Of a stretch of DNA of 48,396 nucleotides, positions 22,021 to 34,033 are shown one piece after another. Every line of letters begins with the position of its first letter. The stretch's first letter is position 1. A program made the translations under genes and the position numbers. Source of the stretch: Vitrella brassicaformis CCMP3155 (Eukaryota; Protista; Chromerida); assembly GCA_001179505.1 (NCBI GenBank), contig CDMY01000577.1, positions 1 through 48,396 on the forward strand. The letters are read 5' to 3'. The notes beneath the pieces were generated by a model. That model searched no databases, had not been told where the DNA came from, and was given only the letters and a program-made list of their open reading frames with translations.

Positions 22021-22693
22021 GCCGCTCGATTCGAGTCATCAGCCGACATGGCCATGTGGGCGGCCTTCTTGATGGTGGCTGCCTCCAGAGAGGGGACGGG
22101 AGGAGGGCTCGGAGGCCGGTGAGGGGTGGGCTGCTGAGTGGGGCGATGGTCACAGTGAGGCTGGGACGCCATCGGTCGGCGAGTGGTCTGCATGACACAA
22201 AGGCGTGAACACGATGTCACTCAGCACGCCGTGTGCCTGTGTCTGCTTTTCTCGCTTCTTTACGTGCGGGCGATGAATCAACGGCCCTTCCTCTGTGCAG
22301 CAACTGCGGCGCGCCCTGCAGACACGGACATGCAAGCATTCGGAAGCGCTTGCATCGAAGGATGAGCCCGCCACATGTCCGCCGGTCTTTCGCTGACCTG
22401 GTGCCAGACAGTGATGGCCTGAAGCGAGAGGGCAACACGAGATGACGATGGAGAGCTCGCAACGAGATCTGCAACCAGTGACATGGAGGAGCTCAGTCGA
22501 CACAAACAAGTAGGCTTCCTTCGTCTCACAATATCCTTACCTGTTTCGGAGAAAGAGGGAGCACGCCTCAGCGAGCTTGACTTCAAGCCCGCCTTTATTG
22601 GGACGTCGGGAGAGAAGGGAGGGAGGGAAGGAACAGGAGATGGGAGAGAGGAAAACAACTGAAACAACCCTGATTCATCTGTTCGAGATCCTC

Positions 22694-23598
22694 ATGGTGA
22701 TGAAGCTCCGTGTGTGCCTCGGCGGCCTGCTGCTTGCCGGTGTCATCGACGCAGCTCCCGATGCACCACCTGACGGCAAGAAACCCGCTAAGGTATGTTT
22801 GCATGGATCAGATTGAAGTGATCTCGGCATGATGTTCTGGTGTGTTCAGGAGTTGGAATGCCAGTCGTGCATCGAGTGCCGTCAGCCGATCGGCTGCCCA
22901 TGCCAATGCGACAACATGTGCATCTCCGGCAAGTGTCACGATGGCATCTGTAAGTTCTGCTGACTGAGTGGTTGCCTTCGCACGTCCACGCTCATTGTGG
23001 GTGTGGGGTCGTCATGCGTGCAGGCGTTGCTGCTGGCTTCCTGAGGCGCATGCAGGACGACGAGGATGACTCGAACATGCCCATCGACAATGACACTGAT
23101 GAAGATGCGGAGGTGCGACCACACAGAACAGACCAGCCCTCACCTGACGCTTCTTACCCCTTGCTTCTGCTCCTTCTCTCAGGAAGGGGCGCTTGCCATA
23201 CCTGACGGCGTCGAGGTCGCTGATGGAGAGCCGGTCGACCCCGAGGTGGGCGAACAAGACCTACACATACAGACAGAGACCTCCACATTGCACCCAGACA
23301 GACAGAGCCCCGCACGTTTGACTGTCTGCACGTGTGTGTGTGTGTCATGTGTGTGCAGGAAGACGAGGATTCCCCACTTGATGTGGCCGAGACCCCCGGT
23401 GAGGACCTCGCTGCCCCAGAGGACCAGGGCAACGAGGAGGGCAATGGTGGTGCTCAGCTGAGATCGCTGGGGCCCTGGGGGCGTCGCCACCGAAGGCACC
23501 GCCGCAGATGGCGCCGCAGACACCGCAGGTGGCACCGCCGCCACCATGGACACCATCACCATCACCACCACCATGGACATCACCGTCATCACCACTGA
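22694..23598 (+). CDS. Small secreted precursor-like protein: Cys-rich domain, acidic spacer, Arg/Trp/His-rich C-terminal tail (5 exons)
   Basis: Signal MKLRVCLGGLLLAGVIDA. Exon 2 ELECQSCIECRQPIGCPCQCDNMCISGKCHDGIC. Acidic exons follow. Last exon ends RSLGPWGRRHRRHRRRWRRRHRRWHRRHHGHHHHHHHHGHHRHHH-stop. All introns GT-AG and in frame. Confidence 0.75.
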
Positions 23599-24612
23599 GG
23601 TGCACCCACGCGCTTGCATGGCAGAGGTTGGTGTGTACGTATGCTGATCTCTCTGTCTGCGTTTGTGCAGCTGAAGGCCCGAGTGCCGGAGAGGAGGGGA
23701 GGGGAGGGAAGAGTGGGCACACTGTTCTGCTGTTATCGCATCGACAAGATGGCTCTTCGCTGCGTGCCCATACGGTCTACTGACTGCTCTGTCTTCTTTG
23801 CTCAACATATAGTAGGTCTCTCAGGATCTGTGTCTTTTACTGCGTTTTCTTTTTCCTTTTTGTAAATACCAACCGCTCTGCTGGGCTGCGATTGCGCCAT
23901 GTTGTGAGAGGGTGTGGCTCAGGCAGGTAGACCGTGGCCAACTAGTCCCATTTTAGGTCATATTTGATCGATTCAGTAGCCTGCTGCGTGCTCGTCCACC
24001 GAGCCGTCGTGTGAGATGTCCGCCATCCATGGGCAAGGGCAAGGTCATCATTGTTTGTCAGTCGTGGGGCGACATGGGAGAGGGGGAACACATCGCCGGT
24101 TGGTTGTGTCTGGGGGAGGGGGGACGGTCACCAGTGTCAGTCACGAGTATCTGAGTATGTGTGTGTTGTCTCCTGTCTCTTTTTCCGTCGTGGAGTGCTG
24201 CCTTATTGCCTTTCTGTTGGCTACTGCTAGCATTCCCTTGCACTGCTGTCCTGGGTGGTTGATTCGTCGTATGTCTGATTGTATTTGAGGCGGATGCATT
24301 GAGCGTAAGCTGTTCATATCGACGTGATTTACCCAGTACAGTAGGTCTGTGTCGCAAGTTCAAAATTACATGGAGGTGGGAGCCGTCATCTACCCGTAAT
24401 AGACGTGCATGCACTTTACAATCTTTACACCATTTCATTCAGTGACGATGGGTCTGTACACGAGAAGGCAACGGGTGCCTGCGCGGCTGACCTACACATC
24501 TCCCCCCCTCCATCCGACCAAAAAATACGCAACGCCAAAGGTGGACCAGCACGGCTTACACGAGTATACACAAAGTAGATAAAACGCGCGCCTTTCTGGC
24601 AATTTGTCTGCT

Positions 24613-27600
24613 TCACACACTGGTAAGGCCCCACGGCTGGAGTGCGCGGTCGACCGCCTCAGGGGCCGCCACATACGACAAGAGGAGGCCGAAGTTGGTG
24701 ACAGGCACGCCCATCTCGCGCAGATCGTCCACCCTGCATACACACACCACTCATGGCATAGGAGGGGCTGCGGGTCTGTCTGTCTTGACTGTCTGTTTAC
24801 TTACGTCTTAGTAGTTACCTGGCTTGCACCTTTTGTTTGTCGATGTAGCAGCCCCCGCAGTGAATCACCAACGAATACGCCCCCAGACCTGATAGCCAGA
24901 CAGGACACCATCAGCACAGCACGCAGGTGTGTTTGCTTGTGTTCGCATCGTATAATGGATATGCACACATGGATATGCACACACACAGCTCCACCCACCT
25001 TTGTCACTTTGGTCTTCAATGTCAGGAAACTCCCTCCCGAAGGCATGATCGACGGCTATGCTCGCCCCGCCTTGTGCCCTGATGTGTCCCGGAAGCTGCA
25101 CTGTCGCTATGTCGTTGCACAGCTGGGTGATCCTGTTGTGATTGCAGCCCTCAGCTACCAACACACGATCGCCTGCAGAAGACACAATGAAGACAGGGCG
25201 AGATTGTGTCTCCTCCTGTCTGTGTGCGTGACCTTGTTTGATGTGTTTGAATCTCTCGAGGCCCTCCACGAATGTGGGCAGCTGGCCGCCGCTCTGTCTG
25301 TGCAGAAGGGCGATGGAGAATGTGGTGATGTCGATCAGCGGCCGATTGGTGACCGGATCCAGCGTCCACGGGTGCACGATATCCATCGCCTGAACAACAC
25401 ACAGAGACACGGACGGGTCGATCGTTTATATGTTCACGTGCACCCTATGTGTGGAGCGATGGAGCCTACTTGTGAGTCTGTGATGAGCAGCTTGGGTCCT
25501 GCGGTTTGCTGCAGGACCATGTTGAGCATCTTGAGGAAGCGGCTCTTCTCCTCCTGCACCTCTGCTGGGTCGCTGCTGCGAGCCTGAAGCACACACATTG
25601 CCTGCATGATACGCCATGTACGTCAGTGCAGGCTGTGACATTGTACCTTTGCCAGGTCCATCCTGTAGGCGACTGTGGTCCCATAGTGGCGAATGATCGA
25701 CTCCTGCACCATCGCCTGCAGCAAGAACACTCACTCAGATTACTCACATAATAGCCCGACCAATTCAATGGAGGTGTGTGTTTGCGAACATGTACCTGTG
25801 GGCGCAGCAGCCTGCCTGCGGGCGTCTCTGCGTCCATGGGGATGTTAAGGAAGAACACACTGTCGGCCGTCAAGTAGGACTCGGGCACACAGGGAAGGTC
25901 GTCGTGATACATACTGCCGTGAGCAGGGGACGACTGACGGAAGGAAGGACGACACGAGTGTGCACACGTGTGGCTTAGTTTGCTGTCTGTGTTTGTGCTC
26001 ACCTGTATGAACTTGACAAGTCGGTCTGATGCCTCTGGGGCGCCGAGGTCGAGACACAGTACTCTGTGCATCGATGAAGGGTCGAGCATCTCCAGCAGAC
26101 GAACCACGCCATCCTGATTGAGAATCCATCCACACAGGCAGACAGAGCCAGTCACTTCTCATGCGCATTGCATTCGTATGGACGGACAGAGAGACACACC
26201 CATCTGTCTGTCCTGTCTCACAGACCTCGATCTGTCTCCTGGTCCATCCCTGGGTCGCGCCCTCCTGCTCCTTGATGTTAAAGACTATGCTGACCTCCTT
26301 GTGCCTCTTCTCGCCCATCTCGATCAGGTACCGCTCCCACTGCAGGGCATCGGGGGACGCCAAAGTGGGCTCCGTCGGTGAGAGCTTCTGCAACGGGTCC
26401 ACGACCAGCAGCGCGATGTCGCTCTCCTTCAACACGCTGCAAGGATGGAGGACGAAGACGTATACATAGTGCCCGTTGGTTCTTTTGGTGTGTGCGTGCG
26501 TCCCCCACCTGATCGTCTTCCTGCGCTTCTTCTCTCCGAGCTCGCCTCGTTCGTCAATGCCGGCCGTGTCGAAGAGCTTGGTGGGCCCGATGTCGTGCAG
26601 CTCCATCAGAGTGATCTTCGTGTCGGCCGTCGTGCCGGGCGTTGCATCCACAATAGACAAGTTGGAACGTGTCAACCTGCACTCACGTCCATGCGTGTAT
26701 CCAACTGCCCGCCGCATGTCGTGTGTGCACCTACTTGTTCATGAGTGTGGATTTGCCGGCATTCATGGCGCCGAAGAAGCCGATGTTGATCCTGGGCAGC
26801 TCGCTCGCACCGGGGGACTTGGGGGCTGCTGGTGATGGCTTGGAGGAGAAAGATCGCCTTGCAAGTGTGTGGTGGCTGCGGACATGCTGATAGAAATGCG
26901 GTGGGTCGCCCCACACCGCTTTCGCCGCCTCCTTGCCTACAACACATGCATCCGTACGTCCACAGACAGCAGATGGATCCATGTGTTGACTGACGGGTGC
27001 TCTGCTTCTATGTGAGTGCAGCATACCGATGGATTTGAGTCTGAAGTTGAGGCACTCCTTGCACTGCTCGGCCGTGTCGGTGATGCACGGCTTGCCCTCG
27101 TACAGCTGGTAGTTCTCTCTGGACAGACCGGGCCGCACACACAGATGGGTGTCATTCCGTGTGGATGCGTACGTGCGTCTGTCTATGTGTACCTGAATTG
27201 TGTGGGTGTGAGGATGGGCATCAGCACGTTAGCACCTCTCCGCAGTGCGACCTCGCGCCCGTTGGCATTGATCGCTTGCAAAGCTGCAGAGAGGTTGTGT
27301 ATGGACATAGAGAATGCGTGTGTGTGTAAGGGCATGTGTGCGTCCCTCCGTACGGTAGGTACCTGTTGTGGCGGCGATGTTGATGTTGCCCATGGTGATA
27401 CGGCATATGCTGATCAGGACCGTGGTCAAGTCGAACATCTCAGCCATGTGCTCCTTCTTGTCAACATGCCCGTACTGAGCTTGCCTGCGTGTCCATCGGC
27501 ACAAATGTGGACGCAGAAGCGTGCAAGTGGGTACGTGTGTGCCTAGAGTATCTACCACATGTCTGCCACAGGTGTGTCTTCCTGTGTGATGTAGGGCCCC

Positions 27601-29215
27601 ATGCCCACCATGTCGATATCCTCATCGCGAAAAAACACGATGTCCCTGACAGACACGGATGCATCATCGAAACGCACTCTTGTCAGCACAGAGTCCAGCC
27701 ACGCACCTGGCAAGATCCTCGAGAGTCTGTCCCGGGATGCCAATCATCACACCGCTGCCGACCTGAAAGCCAACTTTCTTGAGCAGTCGAAGACACGCCA
27801 GCCGCTTCGCAAAGCTGCATAAAGATGCCCATCGTGTGCACTCAGACACGTCTGTGCACGTTCATGCTTACGGTTGCGTGGGTGGGTGTATCTTGCTGTA
27901 CAGTTCAGGGTTTGACGACTCGATCCGCAGCAGATACCGGTGTCCCCCGGCCTCATGCAGCCGCCGGTAGTCGGCTTCGCTCAACTCACCCACTGATAAC
28001 GCTATGCCGATACCTGCGTCCACATACACATTCAGACGAAGACGTTTGGATTCGTCCTGTGCATGTTCGCGGACTCACGTACCTTTGTCTTTGAATCGTG
28101 GGTCCGAGCCGATGAATGACTCCGACCGGACCTCTTCGATCAGCTCGTCGATTGCGGGATCCTCAGCCTGGTTGCTGTGCCGCCGGTGGCGCTTCTCCTT
28201 CTCCAGATTAGTCAACACCGTCTCGCGCCTACAGATTGACACACATACGTGCCCTTACACACATCTGCATTTGCATTGTTTGCGCCGATCCATGTGTGCG
28301 TGGCGCACCTGATGGCTGTGATGACGTCTGTGAGGTACTTCATTCTTGCAGGGTGGTTCAGCTCGCCACTCTGCAGCATGACGGACCCATAGCCGTTGTC
28401 GTGCGCCCACAGAGCTATCGACAACAGCTGCTTCTTGCTGATCGTGTACCTGATCAACACAACAACCATAAGCCAGCACGTTCGTGGGTATTTGAAGATG
28501 ATCTTGGTGTGTGTGCGTGAATTGGGTGTGGCTCGGCTCACCGCTCCACGTTGGGTTGGTTCTTGCGTATGCCACAGTACAGGCAGTCGTTCTGGCACAC
28601 GTTGGAGAACTCTATCAAGCCACGATAGAACACCTCTGAAACACAACACACATACATACACACAAAGCCAGATCTACCATACCAATCCCACCACACGAGG
28701 AATACAATACGCCTTCCTTCGATGCTTACTTACTGTTGCCAAAGAATCTGCGAGTGACTTCGTTTGCATGAGCGAATAGTGCCTCCCGCACCCGCTCATC
28801 CCTCGATCCCTCCTTCCAGCACATCTCCATCAGCCCATGGATCTCATTCTGTCCCAGACACACCACCTCGCCCAGACCGATGCCCCTCTTCAACACGTCA
28901 CCCAACACACCTAACACAGACAGATCAGATAGACGCTTGCAATGCATCAACACCGAGTGATGGTGTTCCTTCCTTCGTGTACGTACCTGCGGCTGCATGT
29001 GCATCCATCATCGGTGCGTACAGCGGCGCGCCATCGTTGTTGGTGTTGATCTGTGCAGCCTTCGGGATGGCGAGAAAAGGAGATGTCGATGCCCGTGGCA
29101 CAGATGACGACGCCTGTGACGCGAGAGTGGACAAGAACCGGGACGGCAGGATGGACAGCGCCCGCATGGGCTCCACCGAGGACGGCAAAGCCCAGAAAAG
29201 GGGTCGAGCCAGCAT
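24613..29215 (-). CDS. HYDEF: [FeFe]-hydrogenase maturase HydE-HydF fusion (radical SAM + GTPase/FeS scaffold) with a mitochondrial-type presequence
   Basis: HydE: RGLIEFSNVCQNDCLYC (CxxxCxxC, ~28574-28597), LQSGE, GSGVMIGIPGQT, GMGPYI, NIAATTAL, GANVLMP, YQLYEGKPCITDTAEQCKEC (YxxY, Cx7Cx2C). HydF: GAMNAGKST, PGTT, DTAG, ITDSQ, TTFSI, EGCNH, IHCGGC, PVTNFG. Stop at 24613. Confidence 0.95.
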
Positions 29216-29477
29216 CAGCTCTTGATCACCAAAAATGATGTCGGTTTCACTCTGCTTTCGGCATTTCTCTCTGATGTATCATCCTCTGAGTACCGCAGCC
29301 GACTCACCGAGGAGTTCTGTCAGACAAATTGGTGCAACCCAAACACAAGGGAAAAAACCGATCGCGCGCTAAAGGATGCTTGCGACGGATGACGGCGCTC
29401 TCTAAGGATGCACCGACGTCAGCGATAGAAGTAGAGTGAAGCTGTTGAAGAGGATCGACGCCTGAGGACATCTGATC
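29216..29477. promoter_or_regulatory. Putative bidirectional promoter between HYDEF and HYDG (262 bp ATG to ATG)
   Basis: Divergent ATGs at 29215 (-) and 29478 (+). TAA(A)GGATGC occurs twice (~29369 and ~29403). Promoter function is inferred from geometry only. Confidence 0.55.
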
Positions 29478-30354
29478 ATGCTGAGTGTAGTTCGTCACAT
29501 CAGCGCACCATCTGCGGCCTTGCCGGCGCTGTCATGCCTCTCCAGCCGCCTTGCGAGTCCCTGTGCTGCCCGCACGCAGCGGTTTGTCCGTCACTTTGGG
29601 CTGTGGTCCAAGGAATTGGAGAAAGGACATGTGTACAAGGTAAGAGAAGGCAGACAACGACCAGATACACGTACGAGGGCATCGTGGTGGTTGCTGTGCT
29701 GTGTGTTTCGTCCCATCCAGGACGCCAATGAGATCATCAACCATGACCTGATATTCAAGCACCTGGAGGCCACCAAGGGCGCGGCGAAGGACAAGAACGT
29801 CATCAAGGACATCCTCGAACGCGCGAAGGAGCGATCGTTTCTCAAGGTGAGCATACAAGGTACATCCACACGTGTGTGGTGTGGGAGCACAAACAAGGTT
29901 TGGTGTGTTATGCTATGCGTTCAGGATGGTCCTGCGACTGGCGGCAGCGAGTACGTGCGGGGTTTGGAGCTCGACGAGTGTGCGACGCTGCTTAATGTGA
30001 ATCCCGACGACACAGACATCATGGAGGAGATATACAACACAGCATTCGACATCAAGAACCGCATATACGGTGGGTGCGTATGAGTAACTAAGGCGGAGAA
30101 ACACGGGAAGGGAGGCCGCGTGGTGCTGTGTCGATGCACCTATCAGGCAATCGCATAGTGTTGTTTGCGCCTCTGTATTTGGCCAACTACTGCGTCAATG
30201 GGTGTGCGTACTGCGCCTTCCGGTCGTCCAACAAGGCCATACAGAGAACCAAACTGAGCGACCAACAGGTCACCGAACAGGTACGGGACGTGAATCGAAT
30301 CAATGGATGGATAGATAGCGCAGGCCCACACAACCACACAGACGGGACGGGCGC

Positions 30355-30391
<37 letters not shown>

Positions 30392-30824
30392 GTGAGTATA
30401 TTGGAGCGTCAGGGGCACCGCCGCATTCTGGCGCTGACTGGCGAGCATCCCGCTTACACGTTTGAGGACTTCCTGCACGCACTCAAACTCATCACCGAAG
30501 TCAGAACGGAGCCATGCGGCAGCATCAGACGGTATGCAATGCAACGCACCCTCATGTGTGCAGGCATGCCAGTGCATCCTGTGTTGTGTCTGGCTGTCTG
30601 TTTGTCTGTATGTCTGCAGCATCAATGTGGAGATTCCGTCTCTGTCGGTGTCCGACATGAAGCGTCTCAAGGCAGCCGACTGTGTGGGGACGTACACGCT
30701 GTTCCAGGAGACCTACCACAAGCCCACCTTCCACACCATGCACCCATGGGGGCCCAAGAGCCACTACGAAAACAGAGTACTCACACACGACAGAGCCATG
30801 AGAGGAGGTGAGCGAACGAGGGAC

Positions 30825-30855
<31 letters not shown>

Positions 30856-32123
30856 ATGTGAATGCGCACATCTCTGTGTGTCTCATGGTGTCACTCACTA
30901 CAGGGCTTGACGATGTGGGTATCGGTGTGTTGTTCGGCCTGTATGACTATCGCTTCGAGTGCATGGCCATGCTCATGCACTCCAACCACCTGGAAGAGGT
31001 ACGTACTTCCACACACACGAGCAAACCAGCTATGCGCACACACACATATATGGGTGGGGTATTGTGTGCGTGTGTGCAGGAGTATCGTGCCGGCCCCCAC
31101 ACCATCTCCGTGCCCCGCATGCGCCCGGCAATGGGCTCAGGCGTGGCGTCGGACCCGCCTTATCCGGTCGATGACGCCCACTTCAAGAAGCTGGTGGCCA
31201 TCCTCCGCATCGCCGTCCCATACACGGGCATGATCCTCTCGACACGCGAGGCGCCAGAAATGAGAGGTGAGTGAGACGGGAGATAACATACGACAGCATA
31301 CCTGACGACGAGCAATTGACTGTTTTGTGTGCTTGGTCGTGTTTGCGTGTGTGTCACTTTCAGCCCATCTGTTGCGTGTGGGTATGAGCCAGATGTCTGC
31401 TGGTTCGTCCACCGAGGTGGGCGGGTACCACCGCCACGCCACCCAGCGGACAGACGAGTCGCTCGGCGATCTCACCATGCAAGCACTCCTGCCAGAGAAA
31501 TATGGCAAGGCAGCAGCTGGTGACACGGCGATGGATCACGAGCACACGGACCCCAACCTGGGCGGGCAGTTCCAGCTGGAGGACACCAGAAGCAGCGAGG
31601 AGATTGTTCACGACCTGCTCGAATCGGGGTAGGGTTCGCATGGGACGCAAAATGACTGACACAAGAATGGTCCATGTTTGGCTGTGCGTCAGTTACGTGC
31701 CATCGTGGTGCACGGCGTGCTACCGCAAGGGCCGCACAGGGGAGCACTTTATGAAGATAGCCAAGGCAGGCAACATCCACAACTTCTGCCACCCCAACTC
31801 GCTCCTCACACTCCAGGTGAGGGCGTTCGAATATGCTCATTCGACAGCATCCACGTGTGCCCCATATTCTGTCTGGTGTCTCTGTTTTGTGCAGGAGTGG
31901 CTCAACGACTATGCCAGCCCCGAGATCAAGGAACTGGGCAACAAGGTGCGTCTGGAATGCCTTGAGGGGGGCGGTTTTAGGTGTGCATACATATGTTCAC
32001 CTTTCCTTGTTGCCGCAGGTGATAGCCCGCGAGAAGGAGATCGACCTGTCAGACTCGGCCAAGCGGCTGCTGGACCGCAAGATGGAGGCCGTCAACAAGG
32101 GACAGCACGACGTCTACATATGA
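29478..32123 (+). CDS. HYDG: [FeFe]-hydrogenase maturase HydG (radical SAM tyrosine lyase) with a mitochondrial-type presequence
   Basis: GNRIVLFAPLYLANYCVNGCAYC, INVEIP, LFQETY, GLDDVGIGVLFGL, GPHTISVPR, YTGMILSTRE, SQMSAGS, GQF, and the auxiliary cluster motif PSWCTAC-x22-CHPN (Cx2Cx22C). Ends DVYI-stop. Confidence 0.97.
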
Positions 32124-34033
32124 TCCATGCATGATACATTAACGACACGACACATTTCTGGCCTGGCTGCACCGCCCCCATCCCTGCCTGCATGCTGTGT
32201 ACATAGTCAGTCAGCCCTGCCTGCATTGCACATATCGACTGACTGGCTAATGTGCTGCCCGTTGTGTGTGCTGTGCACTGTGTGAATACCTACCTAGTTG
32301 ACTGGCTGGCCCATTTTTCGTCTCGCCACACACGTCTGTCTCGCCACTCTTTTTCGCGCACACGAACACGAAAGGCCGTCTGGCCGATCGAGCCGCGGGT
32401 GCTGGGAGGGAGGGAGGGAGCATGGGGCACACGGGCATCTGCCTGCTCGTGAGGGGCCTGCAGCTAGTCGACTGCGTGGGTGTGTGCATGTAGTCAGGGT
32501 TTTCTTTGCATGGGGGGCGTCGCGTCAGAGGGTGGGCCGTCGGGGGTGTATGCTGGCACTGCAACATGCATTTCGCATCTCCCTCTTACAGGTGTACATG
32601 AAGGTGCCTTAATTGTGCATGTGTCTGTCGTGTGGATGATTGATGTACAGTGAGAATTCAGAGTGTGTTGGGCCGTATTTTTCCTTCCCCTGTGTGTGCA
32701 GTGCACGTTGATTGTTTGCAATGATCGACTGTGTGATTGATTCATGGCTACCGCCACTTTGCATTGCATGGACCTTCTTGTCACTGACTACCCATAACGC
32801 TCCCACACGCCCGCGCGTGAGTCGTCACTCTCCACCCCCCTCCCTATACACAAATCAAGTATATAACCCATCCCTGTTCAAGCAGACATTGCGCTACAGC
32901 CACTCGATTATCCAATGAAAAGTATCTTGGAGGCTGGCTCGGTGAGTGTCGAGGCGGTCAACAGCGCCACCACCACACGCGTGACACAACCAACATAAAA
33001 CAAAGCGACGACCCAGCCACCCCCAACCTACTCCTCCCCTCCCCACACCCCGCTCGTTAATCAGTTTCTGCAGCTGCTAGATTCTCCCAACAGGGCCCCC
33101 GAGGGCTGCCATCCTTCGGTGGGCCTGCCGTGCGTGCTCGTCAACTCCTTCGCCCTCATCAACCCTCTTGACTTCGGTGGGCTTCCTTCGTGTCGTGTCG
33201 GCTGGTGTGACAGCTTTGTTCGTCGGGCAAAGAAGGAGCAGCAGCCACCTGCAGACAGCAACAGCGGCAACCAAGTATGGCCATATGTGCATGGCAGTCG
33301 TCTTTTTCGTGCCGACCTGGTCAGCGTTGGGTGAGCAGGGACCGGCGAAGGCTTGGTGACTGCCTGTGTCGGGCATTCGCCCCTCTACGGGCCTGCCAGA
33401 TGGGTTGTTGGCAGAGAGCGGCCGGTGTTGTCCGAGAGGTCTGGTCCTGATGCAGCGATGCGATGGCACGCTCTCTCTTGTCCCTCCTCTCCTCCGCATC
33501 GCCTCCACTTGGCTGCAGCTCTCGATCCTGGTCCTGCTCCCTGCTGACGGTGCCCCTCTCGCCCGTTGGGGGGGTCTGGCATCGTCGATTGTTGCGACGA
33601 GGATGGGGTGCTGTCCACACGCAGCTGGGCCGGCGATGGTGCGACAGGGCATGAGGGCCTTGCGTGGCCTGAGAGGCCGTCGAATGACACCACCGGCCTT
33701 GCGTGGCCGTCCTGTCAGTGCGATTGGCGGCCGGACCTCTTGAGACGCTTGGACGGAGGCCGGTCCGCCACCCAGTCGTCATGTCAGACACAAAAGCGGT
33801 CCATAAGACGCTCGTGCGCACGGCGGGGAGACGGGGCGTGTGCAGCGCGGTAGGTGATTGTGAAAGTCTTGAGCGGGCCGAGGGTCGATGCGTGACGGAC
33901 CTGAAAGGCGTCACAGGAGAGATTGACGCACACGTGGGCGTGGCGTCTGGCGTCCTCTGTGCTCTGTGTTGATGCTTCTGTACCTCCAGGCAGTAGGTAG
34001 TGAAGCCGTCACTCGTGGTCTTCCACTTCCACT

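Noticed and set aside
24604-25587. 327-aa + strand ORF and other long ORFs opposite HYDEF, HYDG and the family genes
   Set aside because: Antisense or intron read-through ORFs, expected in GC-rich DNA, with VCVC/THTH runs from microsatellites.
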